Positions 37,746-49,136 of a DNA stretch of 64,000 nucleotides are shown here, in pieces. The first letter of the stretch is position 1, and each line of letters begins with the position of its first letter. The stretch is from Squalus acanthias (Eukaryota): contig CM059432.1 in assembly GCA_030390025.1 (NCBI GenBank), positions 29,576,001 to 29,640,000 on the forward strand. Direction: 5' to 3'. The position numbers and the translations under genes were made by a program. The notes under the pieces were generated by a model that was given only the letters and a program-made list of their open reading frames with translations, was not told where the DNA came from and made no database searches.

Positions 37746-37800
37746 ACAATGTCACTCGATTTCACATTCCCAGCCACAAGCTCCTCAAGGTTGACCAGCA
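36604..37800 (+). mobile_element. Harbinger derivative, Myb/SANT-gene end, family B copy 2
   Basis: GGCCTAGAAATTCG end; IWDNINEAVTASSIAPTTWLQCLKKLHDLRPLVK followed by GTCAGT; colinear with 29609-30700. Confidence 0.75.
37671..37746 (+). repeat. (GAA)n microsatellite, ~25 units with one GAG
   Basis: Directly visible; lies in the acidic exon-3 region of the Myb remnant. Confidence 0.97.
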
Positions 37801-37954
37801 GGGCCATTTGCAGTGTCACCCACTGAAAGTCAGCAGCCTTCCACCAGCCATGCTGCAGCCATTGGGGTAGCATGACATCAGTAGGATAGGTAAAGGTACA
37901 CACAAGACAGCCACTAAGAGAATGCATAAGGGTGATGAGTTGATTTCTTGATGT

Positions 37955-39055
37955 CATATTGGATGGACCAAAAGCTTGGTCAAAGAGGTAGGTTTTAAAG
38001 AATACTGCGGATGCTGGAAATCTGAAATAACAACAGAAAACGCTGGAAAAACTCAGCAGGCCAGGCAGCATCCATGGAGAGAGAAACAGAGTTAACGTTT
38101 CAGGTCAAAGACCTTTCGTCAGAACTGGAAAAAAGCAGGAAATGAAATAGATTTAAAGCAAGTATAATGCTGGGAAAAGGGGGAGGGGATGAAAGAACAA
38201 AAGGCAAGGTCAGTGGTGGGATAGAAAGCAGAAGAGATTAAGAGATATTAAGAGATAATCAAGGCAAGAGGAGGTGGTAATGTGACAGGTAGAGGCTAAA
38301 TGAGGTGTGAACTGCGCTGGCAGAATGAAGGACAGCTGCCAGTTTCTGGGAGGGAAAAAAAAGCCAAACAAAAGGGTGGATGAAAAAATAAAATAAAAAT
38401 ATATATATATGTGATAGGGGCCAAGGTTATGATCTGAAATTGTTGAACTCGATGTTGAGTCCAGAGGGTTGTAGAATGCCTAAACAAAAGATGAGGTGCT
38501 GTTCCTCGAGCTTACGCTAAGCTTCCGTGGAACAATGCAAGAGGCCAAGGACAGTGAGGTCAGAGTGGGAGTGGAGCGGAGAATTAAAGTGACAGGCCAC
38601 CGGGAGCTCGGGGTCCCCCTTACGGACTGAACGGAGGTGTTCCACAAAGCGGTCACCCAATCTGCGTTTGGTCTCCCCAATGTAGAGGAGACCGCATCGT
38701 GAGCAGCGAATACAGTATACTAAATTGCAGGAAGTACAAGTAAATTTTTAAAGAACATCTTAAAGGAGGAGAGAGAGGTAGAGAGGCAGGGGGTGGGGCA
38801 GGGAAATTCCAGAGCTTAGAGCCAAGGCAGCTGAAAGCACGGCAGCCAATGGTGGAGCAATTAAAATCGGGGATGCACAAGAGGCAGAATTGGAGGAGCG
38901 CAGAGTTCTCAAAGGCTTCTAGGACTGAAGGAGATTACAGAGATAGGATGGGGCGAGGCCATGGAGGGATTGGAAAACAAGGATAAGGATTTTAAAATTG
39001 AGGTGTTGTCAGGTCAGGAGCCAGTGTAGATCAGCAAGCACGGGGTGATGGGTGC
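37955..39055 (-). mobile_element. L2 3' region split by a Penelope-like insertion
   Basis: GACCAAAAGCTTGGTCAAAGAGGTAGGTTTTAAAG resumes after 38746; matches the reverse complement of 44290-44620. Confidence 0.8.
38003..38745 (-). mobile_element. Penelope-like element 3' part with GIY-YIG endonuclease remnant and hammerhead motif (38090-38126)
   Basis: - strand reads NLVYCIRCSRCGLLYIGETKRRLGDRFVEH...VACHFN...EQHLIF...PSGLN; 10-bp TSD TTTTAAAGAA at 37993-38002 and 38746-38755. Confidence 0.9.
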
Positions 39056-39285
39056 TCTTCTTCGAATAGTGCCATGGGATCTTTTACATCCACCTGAAAG
39101 AGGTGACGGGAGCCTCAGTTTGACATCTCATCCGAAAGACGGCACCTCTGACAGTGCAGCACTCCCTCCGTACTCCACCGGTGTGTCAGCCTAGATTATG
39201 GGCTCAAGACTCTGGACTGGGATTTGAAGCCATGATCTTCTGACTCAGAGGCGAGAGTGCTACTCACTGAGCCAAGGCTGACAGT
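39056..39285 (-). mobile_element. Deu-domain SINE, 5' half
   Basis: Reverse-complement match to the head and centre of 20272-20480. Confidence 0.78.
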
Positions 39286-39824
39286 TTGGCTAGCAAAAAG
39301 AAGTGGCTGGCTACAAACAATCTGGAGATCAAAAGAAAACGGAGACAGGAAATGAATCTCTGGACAAGTGATGGATGCTGAAGTGAAAGGCTGCTGCTGC
39401 TCTGAACTAGCACCATCCTATTTGTGTATCTTTTCTCCCCTTATTCTCTCACCTATTGATAGGCCCTGTAGATGGTTGGGAACGTGTGCCTCCGAGAGGC
39501 TCCCCACTGGCGGGATAAGTCCGAAAATTATCCCTCTTAGGTCAGATTGTCTCAGTTGGTAACACTCTTGCTTCTGAGTCTGAAGGTTGTGGGCTCATCC
39601 CCTACTCCAAAGCTTGAGCATATAATTAAGGCTGACACTCCAGTAGAGTGCTGATGGAGTGTTGCACTGTCCTTAGAATTTACAACACGGAAACAGGCCA
39701 TTTAGCCCTACCAGTCTGTTAGTGTTTGACCTCCACGCGAGCATAATCCTAATCACATTTCCTACCCTGTTTTCGTATCCCTTCATCCCTTTTCCTTCAT
39801 CTACATATCCAATCTAATAACATA

Positions 39825-39979
39825 GCGGGTTCATTTTATCCCAACCCACTCGGCAGGAAACTGACAGGAACGATTGGCTGCCCAAAGTCAATGGAAAGTA
39901 AAATTGGGCGGGAGGTAACTGGGCGACGTATCCGATCCCTTCAGTTTCCTGCCGGGTGGATTAGGTTAAAATTACCCCC
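39825..39979. mobile_element. Short palindromic MITE nested in CR1-tail/SINE debris (39545-40230)
   Basis: Arms CGGCAGGAAACTGA / TCAGTTTCCTGCCG; ends GCGGGTTCATTTT / AAAATTACCCCC; central GTCAATGGAAA as in 58055-58239. Confidence 0.65.
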
Positions 39980-40699
39980 AAGCTTTCTGCTTCGGCCTGG
40001 AAGTGAATTCCACAGCCTCACAGCTCTCTGTGCAAAGATATTTGGATGAGATGCCAGTTCAGATGGGCATTGAAGATGCCATAGCGCTTTTCCAAAACAC
40101 AGGGCGTTATATCGGCCAACATTCCTCCATCAACCATCATTCAGATTAACTGGTCATTTATCTTATTTGCTGTTTGTGGGATGTTGCTGTGTACAAAATT
40201 ATTTTCGATCGCTGCACTTCAAAGTAATTTTTGTACATAGCCATCACACTACCGTACACTGGACACATGATAGTAGATTCAGTGCTGCCAGCGAGGAGCC
40301 ACACACTCAATGGCAATGCAGGCCAGAGGCAGGGCTGGTACCATGGGTTCTCTCATTTGCACTGCCTTTGAGTGGGCCTGCACTCTAAGAGTACAGAATT
40401 ACTGAATTCACTCTCTGAAGAATAGCCACTTGGGCGGAGTAGGGGAGAGGGAAGCCAGCATTCAGAGAAATGTATCCTAGCTAGAGTTGGTGCCTTCAGC
40501 AAAAGAAAAGGGGAGAAAGTATGGAAGAACGGATACATTGGGCTGTGCCAGTTGTCAATGTGCCTTTACCTCAGATCCTCAGAGTCTCTTGTAGCAATAT
40601 TGATAGTGTCAGTAGATTGACTGAATGGACATCCCCATGCTATTTGAAGATTATTACTCCTTACATGTAAAAATCCAGTGAAATACCAACCTCAAAATG

Positions 40700-41100
40700 C
40701 AAAGGACATTTGTTTAATTATTATTTAGGTCAAGGAAAAATCTAATAGAAATGTTCATATATTTGTTTGTGAGGGTAAATAGAGAAAGATTATGTTTACT
40801 GGTCGGTGAATCAGTAGCAAGGAGCCATAAATTTACTGGTAGTATAAAGGAGGGTGTTACAAAAGATTTTTTGATGCAAAAGGTTATTAGATTTGGAATC
40901 CATTGCCACAAGCAGCTGCTGAAATGAGTTAATGACAACATTTAAGAGGGAATCAGATAAACCCTTGAAAAATATTAAAGTTTATGGGGAAAGAGCAAGG
41001 CAATGGGATTAAAGTAGCTAGCTGTGATGTGGAACTAGCACTGGAACAGACATGAGGGGTTGACTGAACTTCTGTGCTGAAATTTCTATGATTCTATTAT
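40700..41100 (+). mobile_element. Highly degraded CR1 3' end
   Basis: Diverged match to 32290-32660 with TTCTATGATTCTAT tail. Confidence 0.6.
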
Positions 41101-43009
41101 TATTTCTTTATAACTATCACACAAATTGCAGGATTAAGTAAGCCAATCTCCAATGGATCGAACTGCAAAAGTTACATGAGACCAGCTCCCGGCTGTCAAA
41201 CTCTCCGACGTTACTTATTTATAGCAGACACCATTGTGTACAGCGGGTCAAGAGTAATCATTTTACAGGATTGGAATCAATAATAGTTCAAGACTACTGC
41301 CCTGCAGCTAGTTTGGGAGATGAGTCCCAAAACCAGTGACATGAAACAGCACTCACATTCTCTCTCCTTTTAAAAAAAAATTGGTGCAGTTTGCATAATT
41401 TTCCTTTCTTCCTTTACAGAACCTTACACTTGGGCTACAAGTCATTAGTTTGCAAATCTATTATTCGACTAAGAGCTATTAGATGCACAGTAATAAGGAT
41501 GAGACAGCAGACCAATTTTAGCCATGTCTTCCCAACAGTGAGATGGCAAGTTAAATTTTGTGATTATTTGCTCCCGGCATTGAGCTACGTCTTTTGGGAG
41601 CACGTATCACAAAAGTGATTTTAGTGGATGGAAAATCACAGAAAGGATATACAACAACCTGATATGTGCTGTCGATGAGCACAGCTCCATGCCAGGTGCA
41701 CACATTCCTAAAATTACCCCTGTGTATCTGCCTGGAACCCACTTCAGAGTACTATATAAAATACACAAACAGTTGGCAGATCTTCTTAGAGTAGCACAAC
41801 CAGCACCTCTCATAGACACTGTTCTCTCTCTCTCTCGCTGTTCCATTCACGCCCATCCCTTCTTTTAATCACTCTTGACCATTATTAGTAAAGTCTGTGA
41901 TCGTCTGAACTTATTTCTCTTGTTTCTTCTAAGCTGCAAGTTCATCTAATTCAGCCCTCTTAAAAGATAAAATGGAGCAAGTACCTCAGGCAGCATCAAC
42001 CTTCCGAACAAGATCACGTGACTCAGCCAGCAGATCCTTCCGTAGGGCTTGGCAGGTCAACATTGTTGTTGACACAGTGATGTAATCAATCCTACAGATG
42101 GCTTGCAAGCACCTGTTGACAAGTGGTTGTGTGGCCGGTTTTATGTTCTTTCAACACCGTCCAGGTCTCGTTTGAATAAGGTGAGAATGACACTTCTCCC
42201 TTAAGAGAGATGTCATTCATAAGCTTCGAATCACATCATTGTCATGCCTCTGGTCGTGCCAAGCATATCAGAACTGGCTGAGGGTGAAGTTCACAGCTGC
42301 TGTGTCTTTCTTGAAGTTTGTTGCAGCCTCATATTCTTGTATCAGTGAGGGGCTAACAAGTGCAAGAAATCCAGAGGCTCCATCTGCCTGGATAAGTAAA
42401 TAAAATAATCATGGCACTATTTGAAGAGCAAGGGGGGGGGGGTTCCCAAAGTCCTGGCCAGCATTTATCCCTGAGTCAACACTGGTGATTTTATTTTATT
42501 TTGGGGAGGTGAGTGCCAGCATTTATTGCTCACCTCTAGTTGCCAGGTTTGATGGGAACATTGAAACAGGAGGAGGCCATTCAGCCCTTCAAGCCTGCTC
42601 CGCCATTCAATTAGATCATTGCTGATCTGTACGTCAACTCCAGTTACCCGCCTTAACTCCATATCCCTTGATACCCTTTCCTAAAAAAAGCAATGTCTAT
42701 AACTGACTGTATCCCTTACTCTTTACTGTGAGACGAGACACTGAGTGTTGGCAGGCGATCCATTCCCTCTGAATCTCAGTTAGCAGACGATGCTCGCAAC
42801 CCGCCCGACACTGCTGACTAAAGGAAACACATTACAATGCACACAGATTACAGGGCTCCTTTCAGTTGTGTCTCCTCTGCTACTGTATCTGGCAGCAGAC
42901 CTCCATGCCTCATTTTCCCTTCCTCTCCATGGGTACATATTAATTTTTTGGGCAGTATACATGAGGTAAATCCAGGCTGAAGACTCTTGTTCAGTAAGAC
43001 CAGGATTGG

Positions 43010-43322
43010 GCTTGTGCCTGGTATCAGTAAAAGTGACCTTGAAGCTGTCTGATTGTTGTAACAACCGAACTGGTTCACTAATGCCCTGTAGGGAGGGAAA
43101 CCTGCTGCCCTTACCCAGTCTGGCCTATATGTGACACCAGTCCCACACCAATATAGTTGACTCTTATCTGCCCTCTGAAGTGGCCTAGCAAGCCACTCAT
43201 TCATATCAAACTACTAGCAGTTCAAGAAGAAGACCCACCACAATCTTTTCAGGGCAACTGGGGATGGGCAATAAGTGGTAGTCTTGCCAGTGATGCCCAC
43301 ATCCTAAAATGATTTTTTTTTT
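43010..43322 (+). mobile_element. SINE of a third family (probably Meta-domain type), 3' part
   Basis: CTGGTTCACTAATG...GGGAAACCTGC...CTGGCCTATATGTGAC centre; tail GGGATGGGCAATAA...GATGCCCACATCC shared with the LINE at 3602. Confidence 0.7.
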
Positions 43323-44039
43323 AATGATGCCCCTTGTAGTTAATTAGCCATGAGTGAGGTAGCTGAGAGTAGCTGAGACCCAGGGACCAGTATCTTAGCA
43401 TGTGTCAGCAAATGTAGAGAGATGGAAAGAAGATTGAAATAAAAAGGAGGATTTGATCACCTCTGCCTTCTGTTCATTAAGGGCCCAGCCCTCCCCAGAA
43501 TCTCCCCAATGCACCCTCATCAGCAAAAGAGAAACACTGGTGTCCTTAGTCAGCAACATCTAGGCCCTTATAAATCAGGCCCTTGAATCATCTAGTGACC
43601 ACAGAGAACTAAATAAAGTATAGGAGGGAACCATTCAGGGGTGAGAAATTTAATTTCAGCTATCTATCAGCACATGCCATGGATTCACACACAAGGAAAC
43701 CAGTAGTTTGTGAATTAACCTGTATCAGCAACTTTTATCAAAAAGAGAGACTGCTTTGCATAAGCATTTTCCTGTTTTCTTTCAAAAAACACCAAGAAAA
43801 AGAGAAGCAGATATTAAACAGCCTGCTTCAGACAGAAGAGGATATTTCTATTTCAGTAGTCTGATTAGTGACTCAGCCTTAGACTACCACAAACCCCGAG
43901 AGAGAACTGTCTCCCAAAGCTTGTCCATTTTGTAGGTTTACAGATCATGCTAAAACAAATGTGAATAATACAGCAACAGAACGTATATGGTCCCATACAA
44001 CTTGTTCAAAGAGTGGGAAGTTCTGCTTGGTATCCTGGC

Positions 44040-45078
44040 TAGGGTTGCCAACTCTGGTTGAATCTATTCCTGGAGGTTTTATCACAAGACCTCCTACTTC
44101 CACCTCTGTAACATCGCCCAACTCTGCCCCTACCTCAACTCATTTTACTGCTGAAACCCTCATCCATGTCTTTGTTACCTCTAGACTTGCCTATTCCAAG
44201 ATTTCCTGGCCAGCCACCCATTTTCCACCCTACATAAACTTGTGCTCATCCAAAACTCGGCTGCCCATATCCTAACTTGCACCAAGTCCCGTTCACCCAT
44301 CACCCCTGTGCTCGCTGACCTACATTGGCTCCCGGTCCAGCAATGTCTCAATTAAAAAATTCTCATCCTTGTTTTCAAATCCCTTCATGGGCTCGTGCCT
44401 TCCTATCTCTGTAGCCTTCTCTGGCCCTACAAGTCTTTGAAATCTCTACGCTCCTCCAATTCTGGCCTCTTACGGTTCCCCAATTATAATCACTCCACCC
44501 GTGCCTTCAGCTGCCTAGGCCCTAAGCTCTAGAATTCCCTCACTAAACCTCTCTGCCTCTCTACCTCTCTCTGCTCCTTTAAGACGCTCCTTAAAACCAA
44601 CCTCTTTAACCAAGCTTTTGGCTATCTGTCCTAATATCTCTTTATCACTAATGTGGCTCAGTGTCCAATTTTGTTTGATAATGCTCCTGTAAAGTGCCTT
44701 GGGATGTTTTACTGCGTTAAAGGAGCTATATAAATGCAAGTTGTTGTTGTTGTTGTTGTTGCCTCCAACTACCCCACCCTACACTCCAGCCATTGGGCGC
44801 CCAACACATCCATCCTCACGCGCACCGCCGTTCCACGCCAATTGGAAAGCAAAAAGACTCTTCATTACAGAATTGGATCATTCTTGCCTGTCAGCCTTTT
44901 TTCCCAGCTCCAATATTTTTTTAACTAATAAACAGAAATGTTCAAAGAAAATGAAAAAACCCCCACTTTTTTTTAATGCCCCTATGATTTTTCTCGAGGG
45001 TTGCTCGCAGCATGGTTCCAGGGATTAATCTTCAACTCCTGGAGACTCCTCGACAATCCAGGAGGGTTGGCTTCCCTG
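44040..45078. mobile_element. hAT-type non-autonomous element inside a Deu SINE, carrying an L2 insertion
   Basis: TIRs TAGGGTTGCCAAC / GTTGGCTTCCCTG; 8-bp flanks ATCCTGGC / GTCCTGGT (6/8); SINE resumes at 45079-45275. Confidence 0.7.
44085..44760 (+). mobile_element. L2 LINE 3' end
   Basis: AETLIHVFVTSRLAYS, HITPVLADLHWLPV motifs; (GTT)n tail. Confidence 0.9.
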
Positions 45079-45375
45079 GTCCTGGTCAATATTCGTCCCT
45101 CTACCAACACCACCAAACTGATTAACTGGTCATTTGCTGGTTGCAGCACCTTGCTGTGCGAAAACTGACTGCCGCATTTGCCTACATAACAACAGTGACT
45201 ACGCTTCAAAAGTAGTGAAGCGCTTTGGGATGCTCTGAGACTGTGAAAGGCCCAATATAAGGGCGAGTTCTATCTTTAGCAGAGCCGCTCAAATGTTAGT
45301 GACAGTTTTATCAATTTAGTATTAACCCTACACTCCTAAAACAAACACACAAGGGTGGAAATGGCCATCTGCAAG

Positions 45376-45526
45376 GTTATCGTGTGAACATCCGCACTCA
45401 AGCCAGATTCCTCTCGCTGCTATTTTAATGGGGGTATTAATTAATTTAGAATAACCAGTAAGCACCTCCATTAAAATAGCAGAGGGAGTAATTGAATATG
45501 AGTCTGTTATACATTCATATGATAAC
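45376..45526. repeat. AT-rich imperfect palindrome (old hairpin repeat)
   Basis: Inner arms 45411-45435 / 45464-45488 pair 22/25; outer arms GTTATCGTGTGAA / TTCATATGATAAC pair 11/13; related sequence at 54006-54043. Confidence 0.7.
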
Positions 45527-45617
45527 ATGCCTGCCAGTCATTTCTATCTAGTAATGCACAACTTCAATTGAAAATAAACGATTTGAATACATTAATATTT
45601 TCCTCTGCATGTCAGTT

Positions 45618-45925
45618 TAAAAAAAAATATTTCTCGGGATGTGAGCGTCGCTGACAAACCTGGCATTTATTGCCCATCCCTAGTTGCCCTGAAAAGGTGG
45701 TGGTGGGCCTTCTTCTTGAATTGCTGCATGTAGCAGTTTGCTACAATGGAGTGACTTGCTAGGCCACGTAAGGGGACAGTTAAGAGTCAACTATGTTGGT
45801 ATGGAGATTGGATTTCCATATAGGCCAGATCGGGCTAAAGACAGCAGGTTTCCTTCCCTAAAAGACATTAGTGAACCAGTTGGGTTTTTACAACAATCCG
45901 ACAGCTTCATGGCCACTTTTACTGT
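45618..45925 (-). mobile_element. Third-family (Meta-type) SINE, 3' part
   Basis: Reverse-complement match to 43010-43322. Confidence 0.7.
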
Positions 45926-46409
45926 TACAGTCCCCACCACTTAAACTGCCCACATTTAAACCGTCCAAAAAAGCGCTAACTACAAAATCACCTCTTAAGA
46001 GCGTGTTAAGTGTTCCGTGTAGTTTGGGCAGAAAGAGGTGTTCGCTCATAAATTCGCACCTTATTAAGATGCAGATGGCAATTCACTTGTATACTTATTC
46101 ACCTCTAACTGGTGTCCAGTTACAGTTTGCACTACTCAGCACTGACTGCAGTAACAAAGTAAATAGCACCTGGTCAGGGTCCAAAGTACAAAGTAGTGGG
46201 CAGATAATCTTTAATCTCCGGTGGAGTACGACCACCACTGCCTATCTTTACGACTGTACCTCAATTATCACCATTTATATTTTAGCGTTCTGACTACACG
46301 CACCGAAGCAATATTCTAAAATATCCAAATCGCAATTCTCCAAAGGACTAGCTCTGCATCTTGAGAAATTAATTTTTTATACATAGCTGTCGACATTTTC
46401 GCATTAAAG

Positions 46410-46870
46410 TAAGAAAGAAATATTTGCATTTATTTAGCGTCTTTCACGACGTCAGGACATACCAGAGTGCTTTACAACCGATGATGTACTTTTGAAGTGT
46501 TGTCACTGTTTTAACGTAGGAAATGCAGCAGCCAATTTGGTCAAAAAAATATCAATCAGATAATGACCACATCATCTGTTCTTTAGTGATGTTTGAGGAA
46601 TAAATATTGGCCAGGACACCAGGGACAAATACCCTTCTATTCGTCAAATAGTACCGTGGGATCTTTTACAGCCATCTGAGAGAGCAGACGGGGCCTCGGT
46701 TTAACGTCTCTTCTGAAAGACGGCACCTCCGACAGTGCAGCACTCCCTCAGTACTGCAGTGGGATCGTATGTCTCAATTTATGTGCTCAAGTCTCTGGAG
46801 TGGGATTTGAACCCACAACCTTCTGACTCAAAAGGTAAGAGTGCTACGCACTGAGCCAAGGCTGACACCC
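46410..46870 (-). mobile_element. Deu-domain SINE, near full length
   Basis: Tail through to head (GGATTTGAACCC...CACTGAGCCAAGGCTGAC). Confidence 0.82.
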
Positions 46871-47460
46871 TAACACCACATCAAGTGGTTAAATCTATTT
46901 CATTGATATGTTAGTTCTGCTGAACGTCACAAGTGTTGCAACTGGAGGGGAAAAACCATCCAACGCGTATGGCGGGCAAATCCCGTTTGCGGCAGCTATA
47001 AGCGGTGGGAACTGTACCAGATTTGTTAAGCGGTCCTCAGCACTGAGGTAAGTGGTCAGAGGAGGTTTGGAGGAGGTGGCCATCGGAGGAGAGGGCGGGA
47101 GGGAAGCCCAGAGCAGAGGAGGCCCAAGGTTTCCTTGTGGGGACCTGAGGAGCACTCCTGCTTATCCCGGCCCACAAGGAAACTATCACAAAATTAAAAT
47201 GACCTACCTTCCTGGAATTCTTCTGACCCCGCTCCTTGTGAGATCGGGAGTTAAAATCGCATCGGGGTCCTAATTGCATCATAGGACCCTGATTTCTACA
47301 TGCCAATGAGGCCCATGCCTGGATGACTAGGGAATGCTCTGCCTCCTAGCACCCACATTGGATCTTGAGAGGCTACAGATGACAGCTCTTTCAGTGCTTA
47401 ATAGGTTTGAAAACTATGGGGGGAAAAATTCGGTTCCATAGCACCTCCTGATAGCACCAG

Positions 47461-47717
47461 CATAGAAACATAGAAGATAGGAGCAGGAGTCGGCCATTCG
47501 GCCCCTCGAGCCTGCTCCACCATTCGATGAGATCATGGCTGATCATCCAAACTCAGTACCCTGTACCTGCCTTCTCCCCATATCCCTTGATACCTTTAGC
47601 TTTAAGAAATATATCTAACTCATTCTTGAATATATTTAATGACTTGGCCTCAACTACCTTCTGTGGTCGAGAATTCCACAGGTTCACCACTCTCTGGGTG
47701 AAGAAATTCTTCCTCAT
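47461..47717 (-). mobile_element. CR1 3' end inserted in the Harbinger subterminal region
   Basis: Nearly identical to 4876-5130; possible TSD CCAGCA. Confidence 0.85.
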
Positions 47718-48094
47718 TCCAGCAGATGGCGCTAACGGGGCGCTAGAGCGTTATCGCTGGGGCATGGCAAATCCAACGCCACACGCCAAATCCCGCCCCC
47801 CCAGCAACGCCGCCACTAACAGTTATCGCCGGGAGCCTCAACACCAGGTGGATCGTGACGTCAGTGAGTGTGCAATGCATACTGAGCGCCCGATCTGCAA
47901 AACTGATTGTCGCCACCTACCTTAGCACTTGGAGTAAACAGCGACAGGGAGAGCTGGCTTGAAGCACCAGGAAGCCGGCTCCAGGGAAGTTATTTAAAGA
48001 GATCATCAGTAATGAGTCGCAGCTGTAGGTTAGTGGAGTTTCAGTGCTTTCTTGTCAGTTTCACATAGTCCAACAGTCTCATTCCATAATGTAT

Positions 48095-48941
48095 CTCTTA
48101 GTGGCAGTCAATGTCACTGTCGCCCTCAATTTCTTCGCCAGTGAATCCTTCCAGTCTGCAACAGGAGACTTAGCTAACATCTCGCAGTTCACCATCCATC
48201 GCTGCATCCGGGAGGTCACAGAGGCTGTCTACAGTAGGAGAAGAGATTACATTTCCTTCCCCATCACCAGAAAGTAGCAGGACGAGCGTGCTTGTGGCTT
48301 TGCCAGGCTAGCGGGATTCCCCATGGTGCAGGGCGCCATTGACTGCACCCACGTGGCTTTATGGGCACCGCAAAACAATCCTGAGATCTTCCGCAACTGC
48401 AAAGGCTACCATTCACTTAATGTGCAGTTGGTGCGCGACCACAGACAGCTAATCTTCAATGTCAATGCCCGCTATCCTGGCATCAGCCACGATGCCTTCA
48501 TCCTGTGTCAGCACTCTTCCTACCACCACATCAAGCTCGCGGCTGGCTGGTCGGATACAAGGATTTTCCGCTCTCCACCTGGCTCATGACTCCCCTCCAC
48601 AACCCCAACACTCCTGCCCAGCACTCATATAATGTGAGCCACGCTTCCACCAGGAACATCATCGAGCAGATCATCGGCCTGCTGAAGCAACAGTTCCGCT
48701 GCCTTGACCGCTCAGGAGGAGCCCTCCAGTACTCGGCTGAGCGGGTGCCACATTTCGTGGTGGTCTGTTACATGCTCCACAACTTGGCCATCATCAGGGC
48801 CTAGCCCTTGCCATCAGGGATTGCGAGACCACCTCAGGAGGAGGAAGAGGGAGAGGAGGAGGAGGAGGACGAGGAGGAAGAGGAAGATGAGGAGGAGGAA
48901 CAGGAGCGAGGGAGGAGACAGCCACTCAATCAGCCTTCTTA
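48095..48941 (+). pseudogene. Harbinger (HARBI1-like) DDE transposase pseudogene lacking its N-terminus
   Basis: VALNFFASESFQ, GFPMVQGAIDCTHV, KGYHSLNVQLV, SHDAFIL, RNIIEQIIGLLKQQFRCL, CYMLHNLA, acidic tail; contains stops and a frameshift. Confidence 0.93.
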
Positions 48942-49136
48942 AGGGCAGCCATCAGACTGCGGTTCAAATGAATTCAACCCCGGATCCCCGTAGCTCACCA
49001 CATCCCCATCATTCTATCTGTGTCGTAGGCCATATCGCAGCACAAAGCTGAAATGAGACACACCACAAAAGAATCCAAACTTAATTAATAAATTTATCAA
49101 AAATCAGTGAACACATATTTACAACAAAAATATTAG

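Noticed and set aside
37444..38071. Poly-Leu, poly-Ser and poly-Glu ORFs
   Set aside because: Frames of the (GAA)n microsatellite.
48095..48941. Host HARBI1 gene
   Set aside because: Contains stops and a frameshift, lies inside TIRs and has sister copies, so it is a transposon pseudogene.
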